64,000 bases of DNA from the human T2T-CHM13v2.0 reference genome, Homo sapiens. A program made the position numbers and the translations under genes. A model generated the notes under the pieces. That model did no database searches, had not been told where the DNA came from, and saw only the letters and a list, made by a program, of their open reading frames with translations. Location: the NCBI RefSeq assembly GCF_009914755.1, contig NC_060930.1, one strand, 5' to 3'. The number at the start of each line of letters is the position of its first letter. Positions within the stretch are counted from its first letter, which is position 1. Below, in pieces: positions 28,281-41,370 of this stretch.

Positions 28281-28500
28281 ACTCATTAGTTCTTTGCCTG
28301 CAGCGTGACCAGCGTTGTGCTAAGCCCTTTCCGCCATGCTCTATGACAATCCACTGAAGTCAGGATGGCTGTTGTCTTTTGACAGATGAGAAACCCGAAG
28401 CACAGGGTATTTAGGTGGCTTGGTCAAGGTCTTCCAGCTGCTTAGTTGTGCTGGGTTAAGCAAATGGCTGTGGCTTCAAGCTTTGGTTTTTCCACTGCCC
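28281..28500 (-). mobile_element. MIR SINE
   Basis: tttgacagatgagaaacccgaagcacag...ggcttggtcaaggtc antisense core. Confidence 0.7.
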
Positions 28501-28969
28501 GACGGGGGCTCGGTTCCAGGAAGGCAAGTGGAGTCCATCCAGGATATTATGAAAGGAAAACTAAGAGCATGTTGTTACATCCAGAATGATGGTAATATGT
28601 TTAAAGTTAGATTATATTAGGAAACTGGCAATACTATGTGTCCCTAGGTGTGATCCAGCCCGGATGGCAAGCCAGGCAAATAAAGTTCATTATCGATAGC
28701 CTGATATGCCCAAAGTGTTAATTTGCATATAGGACTTGCACTGGCTGCTCAATCAGGCTACTTGTGATTTCTCTTTCCCTGAGATACCCATTTGGCCCAG
28801 GGATGTATGCAAATGAGTTCTGGATGTTCATAAAATCTCTGTCTCCCCACAAAATGCAGATTGCCAAGTGTTGCATCTCTTCCAACCAAGTTTTCATTCT
28901 CATCTCTTTGGTTCTTTGATTGATTTTGCTACTCCATTTCTAGAACCTTCTTCACCATCACCCCATCTT

Positions 28970-29080
28970 GGGTTGGTTAGTGTTTATGTTCAGCTCTAAG
29001 TAACAGAAACCTGACTAAACAGTGGCTTCAAAGAACCATGAGGTTTAATTTTTCTTAGTGGCAGTTGCTAGCATTAGTGG
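28970..29080 (-). mobile_element. MLT1-type LTR fragment
   Basis: ttcagctctaagtaacagaaacctgactaaacagtggctt. Confidence 0.45.
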
Positions 29081-29459
29081 AGATGTGAAAATGTTGATCC
29101 TGTCAAGAAGTAAATTGCTTGCATAGATGGTAAGGTATTTCATGCTGCCCCGAGTCTCCAGATTGTTATTTACTGTCCTAGATGGGGCCATTTAGTTTTC
29201 ATGACAGGCTGCTGACTTTCTAGTTACTGTCTTCTCTCTAGCTGGCCTGGCTCCATTCTAATTTCATCAGATTCAGTCTATTATTGGGCCAACCTGGAGC
29301 TTCCCTGGGAAGCTGCTCCACTTGCCAGTGGTTCAGAATGTAGGTCCTGGGTTAGCTCTGAGATGCCCTTGGTTTTGAGTTGCTGAAGCAGAGCCTTCAC
29401 ACACCCTCAGTCCCATGCTCTTCTGAGGGCACAGAGAAACCATGACATGGGAACAGGAC

Positions 29460-29650
29460 ATCATTGAAAAGCCTACTGTGTGCCAGGTGCTTTAGACACT
29501 TTCTCCCTGAAGCCTCATGAGAACCTAGGAAGTGAATCCTATTATATTTTCCATTTGGGAGATGAGGACACAGGTTTAGCAAATGTAAATAACAAGACTG
29601 TATGGCCAGCACGGGTCTGTCTGATCCCAAACCCTATTCTCTTTCCAGTC
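29460..29650 (-). mobile_element. MIR SINE
   Basis: gcctactgtgtgccagg...ccatttgggagatgaggacacagg...gtctgtctgatcccaaa. Confidence 0.7.
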
Positions 29651-31647
29651 ACAATGTGCTGAGCCCTGAAAGTTCCAAATTGTCCTAAGTTCCTTAAGTA
29701 CCCGCATCAAGGGTGGGGCAGGGGCGGAGAGGAGAAGGCAGAGTAGACACCATATCTCAGGGAACCTGGGATCAGGCCAGAACCCCAGGGGATGTGTGCT
29801 ACAGAAGAAATTTCCCTGGAGTCTGCTAGTGACACAGACTAAGGTCTCTGGTGATTACATAACAGCCATAGCTCCCCCAGACAGCTGGTATCCACAGTGG
29901 CAGAAACAGGGGATCCCTTAGCTAGTTTAGATATTCTATAAGAGCTAGGAGAAATCATACCTAGTTCTGCACTACGGTTAGGCAGAAAAGTTTCAAAATG
30001 CTGAGTTGCCTTGCTCCTGGCAAGAGTCACATCAGCTCCAGGTGGTGGCCACTTATCTTGTGCTCATCAAAAACTATAATCAGTGGTTCTATATCTCTCT
30101 CTTTTTAAAAATGACTTAGATCTAATAATCATTTAATAATCATACAGGGGGCAGTACACAGACCCTCACTGCCCCAATGGCATTTGCAAAAGGCACTGGG
30201 GCAGAAAGGGTCTGCGTACTGCTCCCCAAACTGATCCCCATCAAGTAAAGATTTCCACAGTGGCCCTTGTGTTCTGTCTCTGGAAGGAGAGGTAGCAATC
30301 TGCTGATCCTGTGGGCTCAGGTCTCCTTGCCCATCCCTCACTCCTCACCAGCATTAGGAGCCCCCATACCCCTCTCTGGTCATCATTCTTTGTTCTATGG
30401 CTTGGGGCAGTGCCACTGATCCACAGAAGAGGACTTCCATGTCTATAGTGGTCTTCGCCATTTCCCAGCAAATGGCCACAAGATGCCCAGTTCTTTCGTG
30501 TCCTCCCAGGTAGACATCATGCGTGTCTACCCCAGGTCTTACAGTTCTCTTGGGAGTGCTTGGCCTGAAAGGGAAATAAGCGGATGGCTTGTCTATACCA
30601 TACCTGTTTACAAAAGTTATTTCATGTGGGGCACTGAAGAAAAAAGTTGAAACAGAAAGGAAGATTCTGTGTATGGAGCCTCTGGAAACGGGAATCAATG
30701 AAACTTAAGTTCTCCCAGAAAAGTGTGGGGTGCATTGTACAACTTAACTTTAGGGAACATGGTCCAATACAGTGCTTCCCATCCTCTCTGTTGTCATGGT
30801 GCATGGGAAACATGATCGTATTTGAACCACACACTGGGGAACAAGGTAAATAAGCAGGGCCACTCACAGCCAGAAACAACAGGCCAGGAAGCTCTGGAAA
30901 CCCCATACCCCACCAGGCCTCACTGAGAAGAAGGAACCCAAGTCTGGGCACACCATTGGGAGCCTGTAGTCCAGGCAATAGAAGGGTTGATGAAAATCCA
31001 GAGGAGCTCAATCCTGTTGTCACAGATGTGTGTATTTTTCCCCTGGGCAGCTCAGGAACCAACACAGCTACATGGTGTCTGGAGCAGCTTTCTAAAACCT
31101 TCCCTCTCTGAGCCTCGACTTCACCTCAGTCTAAAAATCACTCAGCAGCTCTGAACTCCTGATGATCAAGGGTCATTCTGATCATACATGATCAATTCTG
31201 TTTCTCTCTTATAGCCAAAAAGTCAACAGTCCCCTAGGAAATGAAGGAAGAGAAGTTGTATGATTCATACCATTACTGGGCAGTTTGTACTTTATCTCTT
31301 CCTTCCATAAAGCCTGTGGCAAAAAAAAAAAAACTGTTGTATTTTGATTGGTGACACCCCACCAAAAGGTCTCAAGACACATCTTCTATTTTGTTTTTAA
31401 TAGCTCCCACCTTATTGCATCTTACTGCTAATGTAAAATGTCAATCAGTACATTTTTAAGAGGGCATTTTAAGAATAGTTTATTGCACCTTCAATTAAAT
31501 TTATGACATAACTAGATATTGCAAAGACATATGAAAGTCATGATTGGAGTCCACAGAATTGATGCTAAAAATAACCTAACAAAAGGAAGAATTGACTTGA
31601 ATTCATGTATATGTTTATCAAATTTAATTTAATGAGTAGCTTTGAAA

Positions 31648-32150
31648 TGACCCAGCAATTCTACTCCTAGGTTTATGTACCTGAGAGCAGTTTGTGCATA
31701 GATCCACCAAAAGATATGTACGAGAATGTTCATAGCAGCTTTATGTAAAATAGCCCCAAATTGGAAATAGCTCACAAGTCTGTCAACAAAAGAATGAATA
31801 AATAACTCATGCTATATCCACATAATAAGATAATACTTGGCAATAAAGGCAACACACTTCTAATACTCACAACACAGATGAGTCTCACAATAGAAGATAG
31901 AAGCAGTCACAAAATAATATGTCTTTTATTATTTCACTTATATGAAGGTCAGGAGCACATGTCTGGAGTGGTTACCTCCAGGTGGAGAGGCAGGGATTGA
32001 CTGGAAAGAGCATGAGGAACTTTCTGGAGTGCTGGACTTGTGATGCCTTGATCCAGATGGTGGCTACAAATATGTACACATGTTTAAACAGTGAGTGACA
32101 CACTTTAGATTGGTGTAGTTTATGTACTTGTATATCACAATAAAAAATTA
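31648..32150 (+). mobile_element. L1ME-type 3' end
   Basis: atgacccagcaattctactcctagg...agaatgttcatagcagc...gggattgactggaaagagcatgaggaactttctgg...aataaaaaa. Confidence 0.8.
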
Positions 32151-32428
32151 AAATATATTTGACACATATTGAGTGTCTGGGAAATTTTCCCTAGGCACCT
32201 AACTTTCCTTTTTGGTTTAAAAAACAAAAGTTAGAAGTTGAATTAGGCAAGGCCAGGACCCTTTGGAAGAGAAACAGGGATTAAACATCACATCAGGGTC
32301 AGCTGGAAAAACTATTCAGCAAAATTCGCAGAACTTCGTCTGCTGACCTGGCCCATCCTGAAGTCTCTCAACATGGGGCTCATTCTGCCCTTTTTTGCCT
32401 CCACCTCTCATTTTCCTGATTTGGGGAT

Positions 32429-32806
32429 TGTTACGGGCTTAATTATGTCTCTCCAAATTTACATGTTGAGGTCCTAACTCTCAGTACCTCAGAATGTGCC
32501 AGTATTTGGAGACAGGGTCGCAAAGAAGTAACTAAGTTAAAATGAGGTCATTTGGCTGGGCCCTAATTCAATCTAACTGGCGTCCTTATAAAAAGAGGAG
32601 ATCAGGCCCCAGGGGAAGGACCACCTAAAGATGCAGGAAGAAGATGACCATCTACAAGCCAAGGAGAGAGGCCTCTGAAGAAACGAATCCTGCTGAGACC
32701 ATTATCTTGAACTTCTAGACTCCAGAACTGTGAGAAAATAAATTCCTGTTATTTAAGCCACCCAGTCCATGGTACTTTGTTATGGCAACCCTAGCACATT
32801 AATACA
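32429..32806 (+). mobile_element. MLT1A0-like MaLR solo LTR
   Basis: tgttacgggcttaattatgtc...cagtacctcagaatgtg...ccagaactgtgagaaaataaattc...gcaaccctagcacattaataca. Confidence 0.9.
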
Positions 32807-33987
32807 GGGCCTTTCTCCTGGTTGAGACCACTCACATTGCAACTCTGGCTTCCACGTGGTATGGCTGCTTCACCTAAGTAGCCTTAACTTTATCCTTAAT
32901 CTGTGTCCAGGCCTCAGTTCCAGAAGATATTTGGCACTCTGGATGCAGAACATACTCCAAGAACAAACCACTTTAGACAAATACAGGAAGCCCAAGTTTT
33001 ACTTTCTGGAAAAAGAAGGGTAGGGGGTGGAGTCTAACAAACTCACAGTGACCCAAGCAACATCGCAGCCTCATTCACATCAAGACTCTCCCAAAGGGAA
33101 GTAATTATTTGGCCTTATTTGGGGACTCTTTTTCAGAAAAAGAAAGAATTGGACAACCAATCAGAAGAGATCTAGAACATCATGTATCTTTCCACGTTAA
33201 CAGCGTTTGTCAAACCATGAAAGACTGACTTCTACTTCCCAGACGATGGGGTAGAAGTGTTTTCCCCTATTCCTTCTGCTAAGTACTTCTAAAAACCCTG
33301 AACATTCTGTATAAAACAAACATCGGGAAACCCTGAAAGGTAGAAAGAAGAGGGCAAATCAGCTGGAGAACTTGGGACCCAAAGAATGACATGGTGGTGA
33401 GTTCCCTGGATTTTCTTCTTGCCTCGTAAAGCCCAGACTTGGAGCTGAAGAAGCTGGCAACTGGGAATGCCAATGGGCACAGACAAAAGAAAATCTCAAT
33501 CAAAGCCTACTTTCTCTAGCCAAAGGGCCAGGAAAGGGCATCCAAGTAGGACTGGTTATTTTAAACAATAACCACTCTCCTACAAACACCGCAGAAAAAA
33601 CTATGGCTCACTCACACCAGAAAAAGCCAAGAGGGGAGCCTAGACTTTCGTCTTTACCAACTGCAACAAGGTACCCCAGCCCCACTCTCCACCCCTACCT
33701 CATGCCAGGGTGATGTCAGACAAAGCTGAAAAGGGAACAGGACTTCACCCCATAGGATAGTAGCAACACCACCCATCAACTGCAGAATGCACATTCTTTA
33801 CATGTGCCTACAGAACATATACCAAGATAGAACATACCCTGGGTCATAAACACACACACATACTCCCAATAAATTTAAAATAGTTGAAATCATACAGAGT
33901 ATGTCCTCTGATCACAAAAGAATCAAACTAGAAATCAGTAACAGAAAGATAAGAAAATCTCCAGAGACTTGGAAACTAAAGAAGAGT

Positions 33988-34220
33988 GAACTATTATGTC
34001 TTCTTGATGCATTGACATTTTGATCATTATATAATGTCTTTATCTGTGTCTGGTAATTTTCTTTGCTTGAAAATACACTTTCTCTTTCTCTTTTTATTTC
34101 CAACTTGCCTATATCCTTATACTAAAGCAAGTTTCTTGTACATAGGATAGATTTTGGTGATTTTTTTAAATCCACGTTGCCAATCTCTGCCTTTTGATTG
34201 GTGTATTTATACCATTTACA
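33988..34220 (-). mobile_element. Inverted L1 ORF2 5' (endonuclease) segment
   Basis: Reverse complement reads tgtaaatggtataaatacaccaatcaaaaggcagagattggca...caagaaac (L1 EN start). Confidence 0.75.
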
Positions 34221-34556
34221 AGCGTTGAACACTTTCCACCTAAGATTAGGGACAAGGCAAGAATATCCACATGCACTACTCTAATTCAACATAGCGCTCC
34301 AAGTGCTAGACAGAGCAATAAGTGAAGAAAAAGAAAAAGAAATAAAAGGCATACAGATTGGAAAAAAAGAAACAAAACTGTTCCTATTTGCAGATGGTAA
34401 GACTGTCTACATAGGAAATCCCAAGAATATACAAAAAAACTTCTAGAGTAAATAAATGAGTTCAGCAAGTTCACAAGACACAAAATTAACATACAAAAAC
34501 CAATTATATTTCTATATATTAGAAATGAACACATGGGGACTAAAAGTAAAAATATA

Positions 34557-37500
34557 ATGTAAATTAAAACCACCATAAGGTATCATTTCACACCTGTTAG
34601 GATGACTATTATCAAAAAGGAAAGCGATAACAAATGTTGGTGAGGGTCTGGAGAAAAGGGAACCCTTGTCCACAGTTGGTGGGAATATAGATTGTACAGC
34701 CATTATGGAAAACACTACAGACATACTTCATTTTGTAATGTTTTGCAGATTCTACTTTTTTTTCTTTTTTACAAATTGAATGTTTATGGCAACTCTGTGT
34801 CAAGCAAGTCTATCAACACAATTTTTCCAAAGCATGTACTCACTTCCTGTCTCTGTGTCCCATTTTGGCAATTCTCACGATATTTTCAAACTTTTTCATT
34901 ATTATTATATGTGTTATGGTGATCTCATCAAGGATCTTTTATGTTGCCACAGTAATTTTTTAGGGCGCCATAAACCATGCCCTGATAAGATGACAAATTT
35001 AATCAATAAATGTGTGTGTTCTGACTGCTCCACCAGCTGGCTGTTTCTCCATCTCTCTCCTTCAAGCCTCCATATTCCCTGAGATACAATATATTTAAAT
35101 TAGGCCAGTTAATAACCCTACAATGGCCTCTAAGTGTTCAAGTGAAGGGAAGAGTCTCTCATCTTTCACTTTAAATCAAAAGCTAGAAATGATTAAGCTT
35201 AGTGAGGAAGGCATGTTGAAAGCCAAAACAGACCAAAAGCTAGGGCTCTTGCACCAAACAGTTAGCCAAATTGTTAATGCAAGGGAAAATTTCTTGAAGG
35301 ATATTTAAAAGTGGTACTCAGTGAATACACAAATGATAAAAAAGCAAAAAAGCCTCATTGTTGATATGGAAAAGGTGCTAGTGGTCTGGATAGAAGATCA
35401 AACCAACCACAACATTCTCTTAAGCCAAAGCCTTATCCAGAACAAGGCCCTAACTCTCTTCAATTCTCTGAAGGCTGAGAGAGATGAGGAAGTTGTAGAA
35501 GAAAAGTTGGAAGCTAGCTGAGGTTGGCTTATGAAGTTTAAAGAAAGAAACCATCTCCGTAACATAAAAATACAATATGAAACTGCAAGTGCTGATATAG
35601 AAGCTGTACCAAGATATCTAGAAGATCTAGCTAATTGATGAACATGGCTACACAAAACAACAGGTTTTCAGTGTAGACAAAACAACATTAAGTTGGAAAA
35701 AGATACCTTCTAGGACTTTCATTTCTAAAGAAGAGAAGTCAATGCCTGGCTTTAAAGCTTCAAAGGACAGGCTGACTTTCTTGTTAAGGGCTAATGCAGC
35801 TGGTGACTTTAAGTTGAAGCCAATGCTCATTGACCATTCTGAAAATCCTAGGGCCCTTAAGAATTATGCTAAATCTACTCTCCCTGTGTTCTATAAGTGG
35901 AAAAACAAAGCCTGGATGACAGCACATCTGTTTATAGCATGGTTTGCTGAGTATTTCAAGCCCACTGTTGAGATCTACTGCCCAGATAAAAAATATTCCC
36001 TCCAAAAGATTATTGCTCATTGACAATGCACTTGGTCATGAAGACCTCTGATGGAGATGTACAAGGAGATGAATGCCTGCTAACACAAGATCCATTCTGC
36101 AGCCCATGGATCAAGGAGTAATTTAGCCTTTCAAGTTCTGTTATTTAAGCATACATTTTGTAACACTATAGCTGCCATAGATCGTTATTCCCCTGATGGA
36201 TCTGGGCAAAGCAAATTGTAAGGCTTCTGGAAAGGATTCACCATTCTAGATGCCATTGAGAACATTCATGATTGAAGAGAGGAGGTCAAAATATCAACAT
36301 TCACAGGAGTTTGGAAGAATTGATTCCAGCCCTCATGGATGTCTTTGAAGGGTCCAAGACTTTATTTGAGGACGTAACCGCAGATGTGGTGGAAATAGCA
36401 AGAGAACTAGAATTAAAAGTGGAGCCTGAAGATGGGACTGAATTGCCAAAATCTCATGATAAAAATTGAATTGATGAGGAGTTTGCTTTTTAAGGATGGG
36501 CAACTAAAATGGTTTCTTTAGATGAAATCTAAGCCTGCTGAAGATGCTGTGAACATTGTTGAAATGACAACAAAGGATTTAGAAGATTACATAAACCCAG
36601 TTGATAAAGCAGCAGCAAGATTTGAGAGGATTGACTCCAATTTTGAAACAAATTCTACTACAGGTAAAAATCCTATCAAACAGCATTGCACACTACAGAG
36701 AAATCCGTCATGAAAGGAATTGTTTATTGATGTGGCAAATTCATTGTTGTTGTATTTTTAGAAATGGCCATAGCCTCCCCAATTTTCAGCAACCACCACT
36801 CTGATTAGTCAATAGTCAATATCAAGGCAAGACCCTCCACCAGCAAAAAGATCATGACTCACTGAAGGTTCAGATAATCATTGGCATGTTTTAGTAATAA
36901 AATATTTTTTAATTAAAGTATGTACATTGTGTTTTTAGACAAAATGCTATTACACACCTAATAGACTACAGTGCAATATAAACATAACTTTTATTTTTAA
37001 TGGAGAACAAAAAAAAGGTGTGACTCACTTTATTGCAATATTTGCTTCATTGTGGTGGTCTGGAACTCAACCCACAATATCTCCAAGGTATGCCTGTGTG
37101 GGGGTTCCTAAAGACATTAAAAATTAAAACTACTGCATGGCCTAGAAGTTCCACTTTTCTGGTATATACCCGAAGGAGATAAAATCACTACCTCATAAAA
37201 ATATCTGCTCCAATGTTCACTGCAGCATCATTCACAATAGCCAAGATATGAAAACAACCCAAGTCTCTGTCAATAAATGAATGGATAAAGAAAAAAAGAA
37301 AATGTAGTGTTGCTGTATGTATCCACACACGCACACAATGGAATATTATTCAGCCTTAAAAAAGGAGATCCTACCATTTGCCACAACATGAATGGACCTA
37401 AAGGATATCATGCTGAGATAAACCAGACACAGAAAGAAAAATGTTGGATGATCCCACTTATATGTGGAATCCTTTTTAAAAAATGTCTAAATATACAGAG

Positions 37501-37862
37501 ATATAGAATAAAACAGTGGTTACTAGAGTGAGGGACAGGGGAAGGGAGGAAATGGAGAGATGGGGTCAAGTCACAAAGTAGCAGATACATAGGATGAACA
37601 GGACGAGAGATCTAATGTACGGGAGAACTATAGTTAATAAAATCATATGGTATTGAGAATTTTTGTTAAATAAGTAGATTGTAGCTGCTCTTGTTATCTA
37701 TAGTAACACAACTATGTTACCATAGATAGTAAAATATTTGCTATAGTACAACAAATTTACGTATTTATCATCTCACAGATGATGATTTTACTATCTATAT
37801 CTGTCTCATAACATCATGTTGTAAATCTCAAATATACACAATTAAATTTATTTTTAACAAAG
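34557..37862 (+). mobile_element. L1MB1/2-like 3' fragment, split by Tigger1
   Basis: aaattaaaaccacc...ccattatggaaaacac | Tigger1 | ...aaagtagcagatacataggatgaac...gagatctaatgtac...catcatgttgtaaatctcaaatatacac. Confidence 0.8.
34718..37096 (+). mobile_element. Tigger1 (pogo/TcMar) DNA transposon, near full length, transposase disrupted
   Basis: TIRs cagacatacttc / aaggtatgcctg; TA|TG flanks; ORF fragments MASKCSSEGK...[30 protein letters not shown]...[16 protein letters not shown] with stops and frameshifts. Confidence 0.97.
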
Positions 37863-38349
37863 AAAATTGAAACACATATAATACTATTTATGTTTACTTT
37901 AAAAATTAAATACTTAGGTGTAAATCTGGAAAACTATATATGTGATCCATATGCTGAAAAATGCACAATGCTGATCAGAGAAATTAAAGAGGATCTATAT
38001 AAATAGACGTATATGCACAGATTAGAAGACTCAACATAATGATATCAATTCTCCCCAAATTAGCATAAAGTTTGAATGCAATTTCTATCAAAGTCCTTGC
38101 AAGAGAGACAAAATATTGTTCTAAAATATATATGACAAAGCAAAGGAACTAGACTAGCTTAAAAAATTGAAAAAAAAGAATAGTGGGAGAAATCTATCTA
38201 ATTTTGAGCCATTACATAATATGTAATGTTAAATGTTACTTCTGAAATAAGGAATATTATATAAGTAATCAATACTGTATGGTATTGGCAGAGGAATGGA
38301 CACATTGATCAATGAAACAGAATAGAGAACCTAAAACTGGACTCACACA

Positions 38350-38525
38350 AGCCAGACACAATAGCTAGTGCCTATAGTACCAGCTCCTCAGGAGGCTGAG
38401 ACAGGAGGATCGCTTGAGGCCAGGAGTTTGAGGGTGGGGTGCACTACGATTGCACCTGTGAATAGCCATTGTACTTCAACCTTGGCAACGTTGTGAAACC
38501 CCATCTCCAGAAAAAAAAAAAAAAA
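38350..38525 (+). mobile_element. FAM (fossil Alu monomer)
   Basis: Contains 7SL-derived gattgcacctgtgaatagcca segment; A15 tail. Confidence 0.85.
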
Positions 38526-39412
38526 GGAAGAACTCAACTCAGACAAATATGCCCAATCGACTTTTGACAATGATGAACATGCAGTCCAGCAGAGTAAAGA
38601 GTCATTTTCAATAAATGGTGTTAGAGCAATTGGACATCCACAGGCAAAAAAAATGAACCTAGACCTCTGTCTCACGCCTTCTCCAAAAATTAATTCAAAA
38701 TGGGCCACAGGCTTAAATGTAAAACTATAAGATGTTTAGGGGGAAATATAATCAAATTTTCATGATTTAGAGCTAGGCAAAGACTTCTTAAGCTTGATAC
38801 CATAATCATGATCCATAAAAGAAAAATTGATAAATTTGCCTTCATCAAAATTAAAAGTTTTTGTTTTGCAAAAAACACTGTTAAGAGGTTAAAGAGACAA
38901 ACCACAGATTGGGAGTAAATATTTGCAAACCACATATCCAACAAAGGATTAGTATCTAGAATATATAAAGAACTCTCAAAACTTATCAGTAAAAAAACTC
39001 AACAGTCCTGGTTGAAAAATGGGGAAAAGACATAAGGGGCATTTCACAGAAGAGTGTATTCAGATGACAATGAAGTTAAACAAAAAGATATTCAACATCT
39101 TTAGCTATCAGGGAATTGTAAATTAAAAGCACAATGAGATATTACTACAATCTATCAGGATAACCAGGATGCAGAGAAACTGCATCATTCATGCATTGCT
39201 GGTGGGAATGTAAAATGGTATAGCCACTTTGTAAAACAGTTGGCAGTTTCTTAAAAAAATAAACTTGCAACTACCATATGACTCAGCAATTACATTCCTG
39301 GGCATTTATCCCAGAGAAATAAAACTTACATTCATACCAATACCTGAGCACAAATTTTTATATCTGATTTCTTACTAATAGTCAAAAACTAAAAACAACC
39401 TAGATGTCTTTC

Positions 39413-39702
39413 TTTTTTGTGGGGGAAGGAGTCTTGCTCTGTTGCCCAGACTGGAGTGCACTGGTGCTATCTCGACTCACTGCAAGCTCTGCCTCCTGAG
39501 TTCAAGCCATTCTTCTGCCTCAACCTCCCAAGTAGCTGGGACTACAGGCACCCACCACCACACCCGGCTAATTTTCGTATTTTTAGTAGAGACGGGGTTT
39601 CACTGTGTTAACCAGGATGGTCTCTAACTCCTGACCTCGTGATCCACCCTCCTCAGCCTCCCAAAGTGCTGGGATTACAGATGTGAGCCACCACACCCAG
39701 CC
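39413..39702 (-). mobile_element. AluY/Sc-like
   Basis: Antisense dimer (gcaagctctgcc, ccaggatggtctc, gacctcgtgatcc); TSD aacctagatgtctttc 39397-39412 / 39703-39718. Confidence 0.94.
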
Positions 39703-40870
39703 AACCTAGATGTCTTTCAATGAGTGAATGGTTAAACAAACTTTGGTACATTCTAACCAAGGAATACTCCTCAGTAATAAAAAGAATTTAGCTATTGATA
39801 CACATAGTCTCTAGAGAATTATGCTCAGTAAAAAAGCTAATCCCACATTTAATTCCATACATAACATTATTTAAATGACAAAATTATAGAAATGGGGAAC
39901 AGATTAGTGGGTGGCAGTGGTTAAGAAGAGAGGGAAATAGATGTGGCTATAAAAGACCAACACGAGGGGTCCTGGCAATGATGGAATTGTTCTGTACGTT
40001 GACTATATCAATATCAATATCCTGGTTGTGATACTGTACTACTGTTTTATAGAATGTTAATATTGGGGTAAACTGGGTAAAGGGTACAGGAGATCTCTCT
40101 TTATTTTTTTTATAACTGCATGTGAATCTATGGTTATTTAAAAATAAAAGGTTTAATTAAAAACACACACATGAAAGAGAAAAAGGTCATATAAACAGTA
40201 GAAGGAGAAAATTCTCAAATGAGACTCTGGTTCAGCACACTATTCGTGATCCAGGTGCATTTTATAAGCACAGTCTTTCTTAGCATTTTGTTTGTAATAA
40301 TCCAATGGGGAAGAGAAAGGAGTAAAACAAGGTCAGCAGAGTGAATTTGTTTTGCCAACGCAAACTTGCTGCTCACCAGCAATTGAGCCTTGAGTGAGAA
40401 AGGGAGCACAGCTCTTGGTGGTGTTCAAGCCCCACCCACAGGAGGTCCTCCAGCTGTGTGTTGGCTTCTTCTTGTAAACAGGCAATGGGGGAAGAGCTGA
40501 TAAGGGTCCCGCTTTGCTGAACCCTGTGTTCCTGATTCCCAGAAAGGCAGGAAGTGTGGTGAAGTGTGGCACAAACACATATCAAGACCAGAAAGGACTC
40601 TCCTCATCTTTTGACAGTTTTGTGGTGTCGTCAACAGACAGCTGAGATGCAGATGAGCATGGAGAGTAGCTCCATTTCTTCCTGCCCAGAGCACTGGGGA
40701 GGGAGGGCAACCCACCAGTGGTGGGGCATCAGGAGCCCGGGAAGGACACAAAGAGTGACTGAGCAGCCACGGTACACAGACCCTACTTCTGGGATGTGGG
40801 CCCCAGCATCTAAGGAAATGCTCCCTCCTCACCCTGTGATAAGGCCACTGGCATGACCCAGCTCTGCCTC

Positions 40871-41370
40871 TGTATTAGTCAGGGTTCTCTAGAGGGACAG
40901 AACCTATAGGACAGATAGATAGATGATAGATAGATAGATAGATAATAGACACATACATACATAGATACATAGATAGATACACAGATAGATATAAAGGGGA
41001 GTTTACTAAGTATTAACTTACATGATCACAAGGTCCCACAATAGGCTGTCTGCAAGCTGACAGGGAGAGCCAGTCAGAGTCCCAGAACTGAAGAACTTGG
41101 AGTTCGATGTTCGAGGGCAAGGAGCATCCAGCACAGGAGAAAGATGTAGGCTGGGAGGCTAGGCCCGTCTCTCCTTTTCACGTTTTTCTTCCTGCTTTAT
41201 ATTCGCTGGCAGCTGATTAGATTGAGCCCACCAGATTAAGGGTTGATCTGCCTTCCCCAGCTCACTGACTCAAACGTTAATCTCTTAGCAACACTCTCAC
41301 AGACATGCCCAGGACCAATACTTTGTATCCTTCAATCCAATCAAGTTGACACTCAGTATTAACCATCACA
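40871..41370 (-). mobile_element. MLT2A1 (HERV-L) solo LTR
   Basis: tgtattagtcagggttctctagagggacagaac... to ...caatccaatcaagttgacactcagtattaaccatcaca; length minus the STR fits the shorter A1 form. Confidence 0.9.
40903..40992. repeat. (GATA)n/(CATA)n tetranucleotide STR inside MLT2A1
   Basis: Direct read. Confidence 0.92.

Larger units (their letters stand above)
33225..40169 (+). mobile_element. L1MD-type element, internally deleted and rearranged, hosting L1MB, Tigger1, FAM and Alu
   Basis: 5'UTR-like 33227-33750; ORF2 pieces 33760-33980, 34225-34556, 37865-39400; L1MD-type 3'UTR to ~40162; candidate TSD catgaaaga 33216-33224 / 40170-40178. Confidence 0.78.

Noticed and set aside
29711-29727. 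GC/CACCC-box promoter or G-quadruplex
   Set aside because: Only three G3+ runs and no CpG island; isolated motifs are not enough
35123-36890. Domesticated Tigger transposase gene (TIGD1-like)
   Set aside because: Multiple stops and frameshifts, with TIRs still in a nested-repeat context
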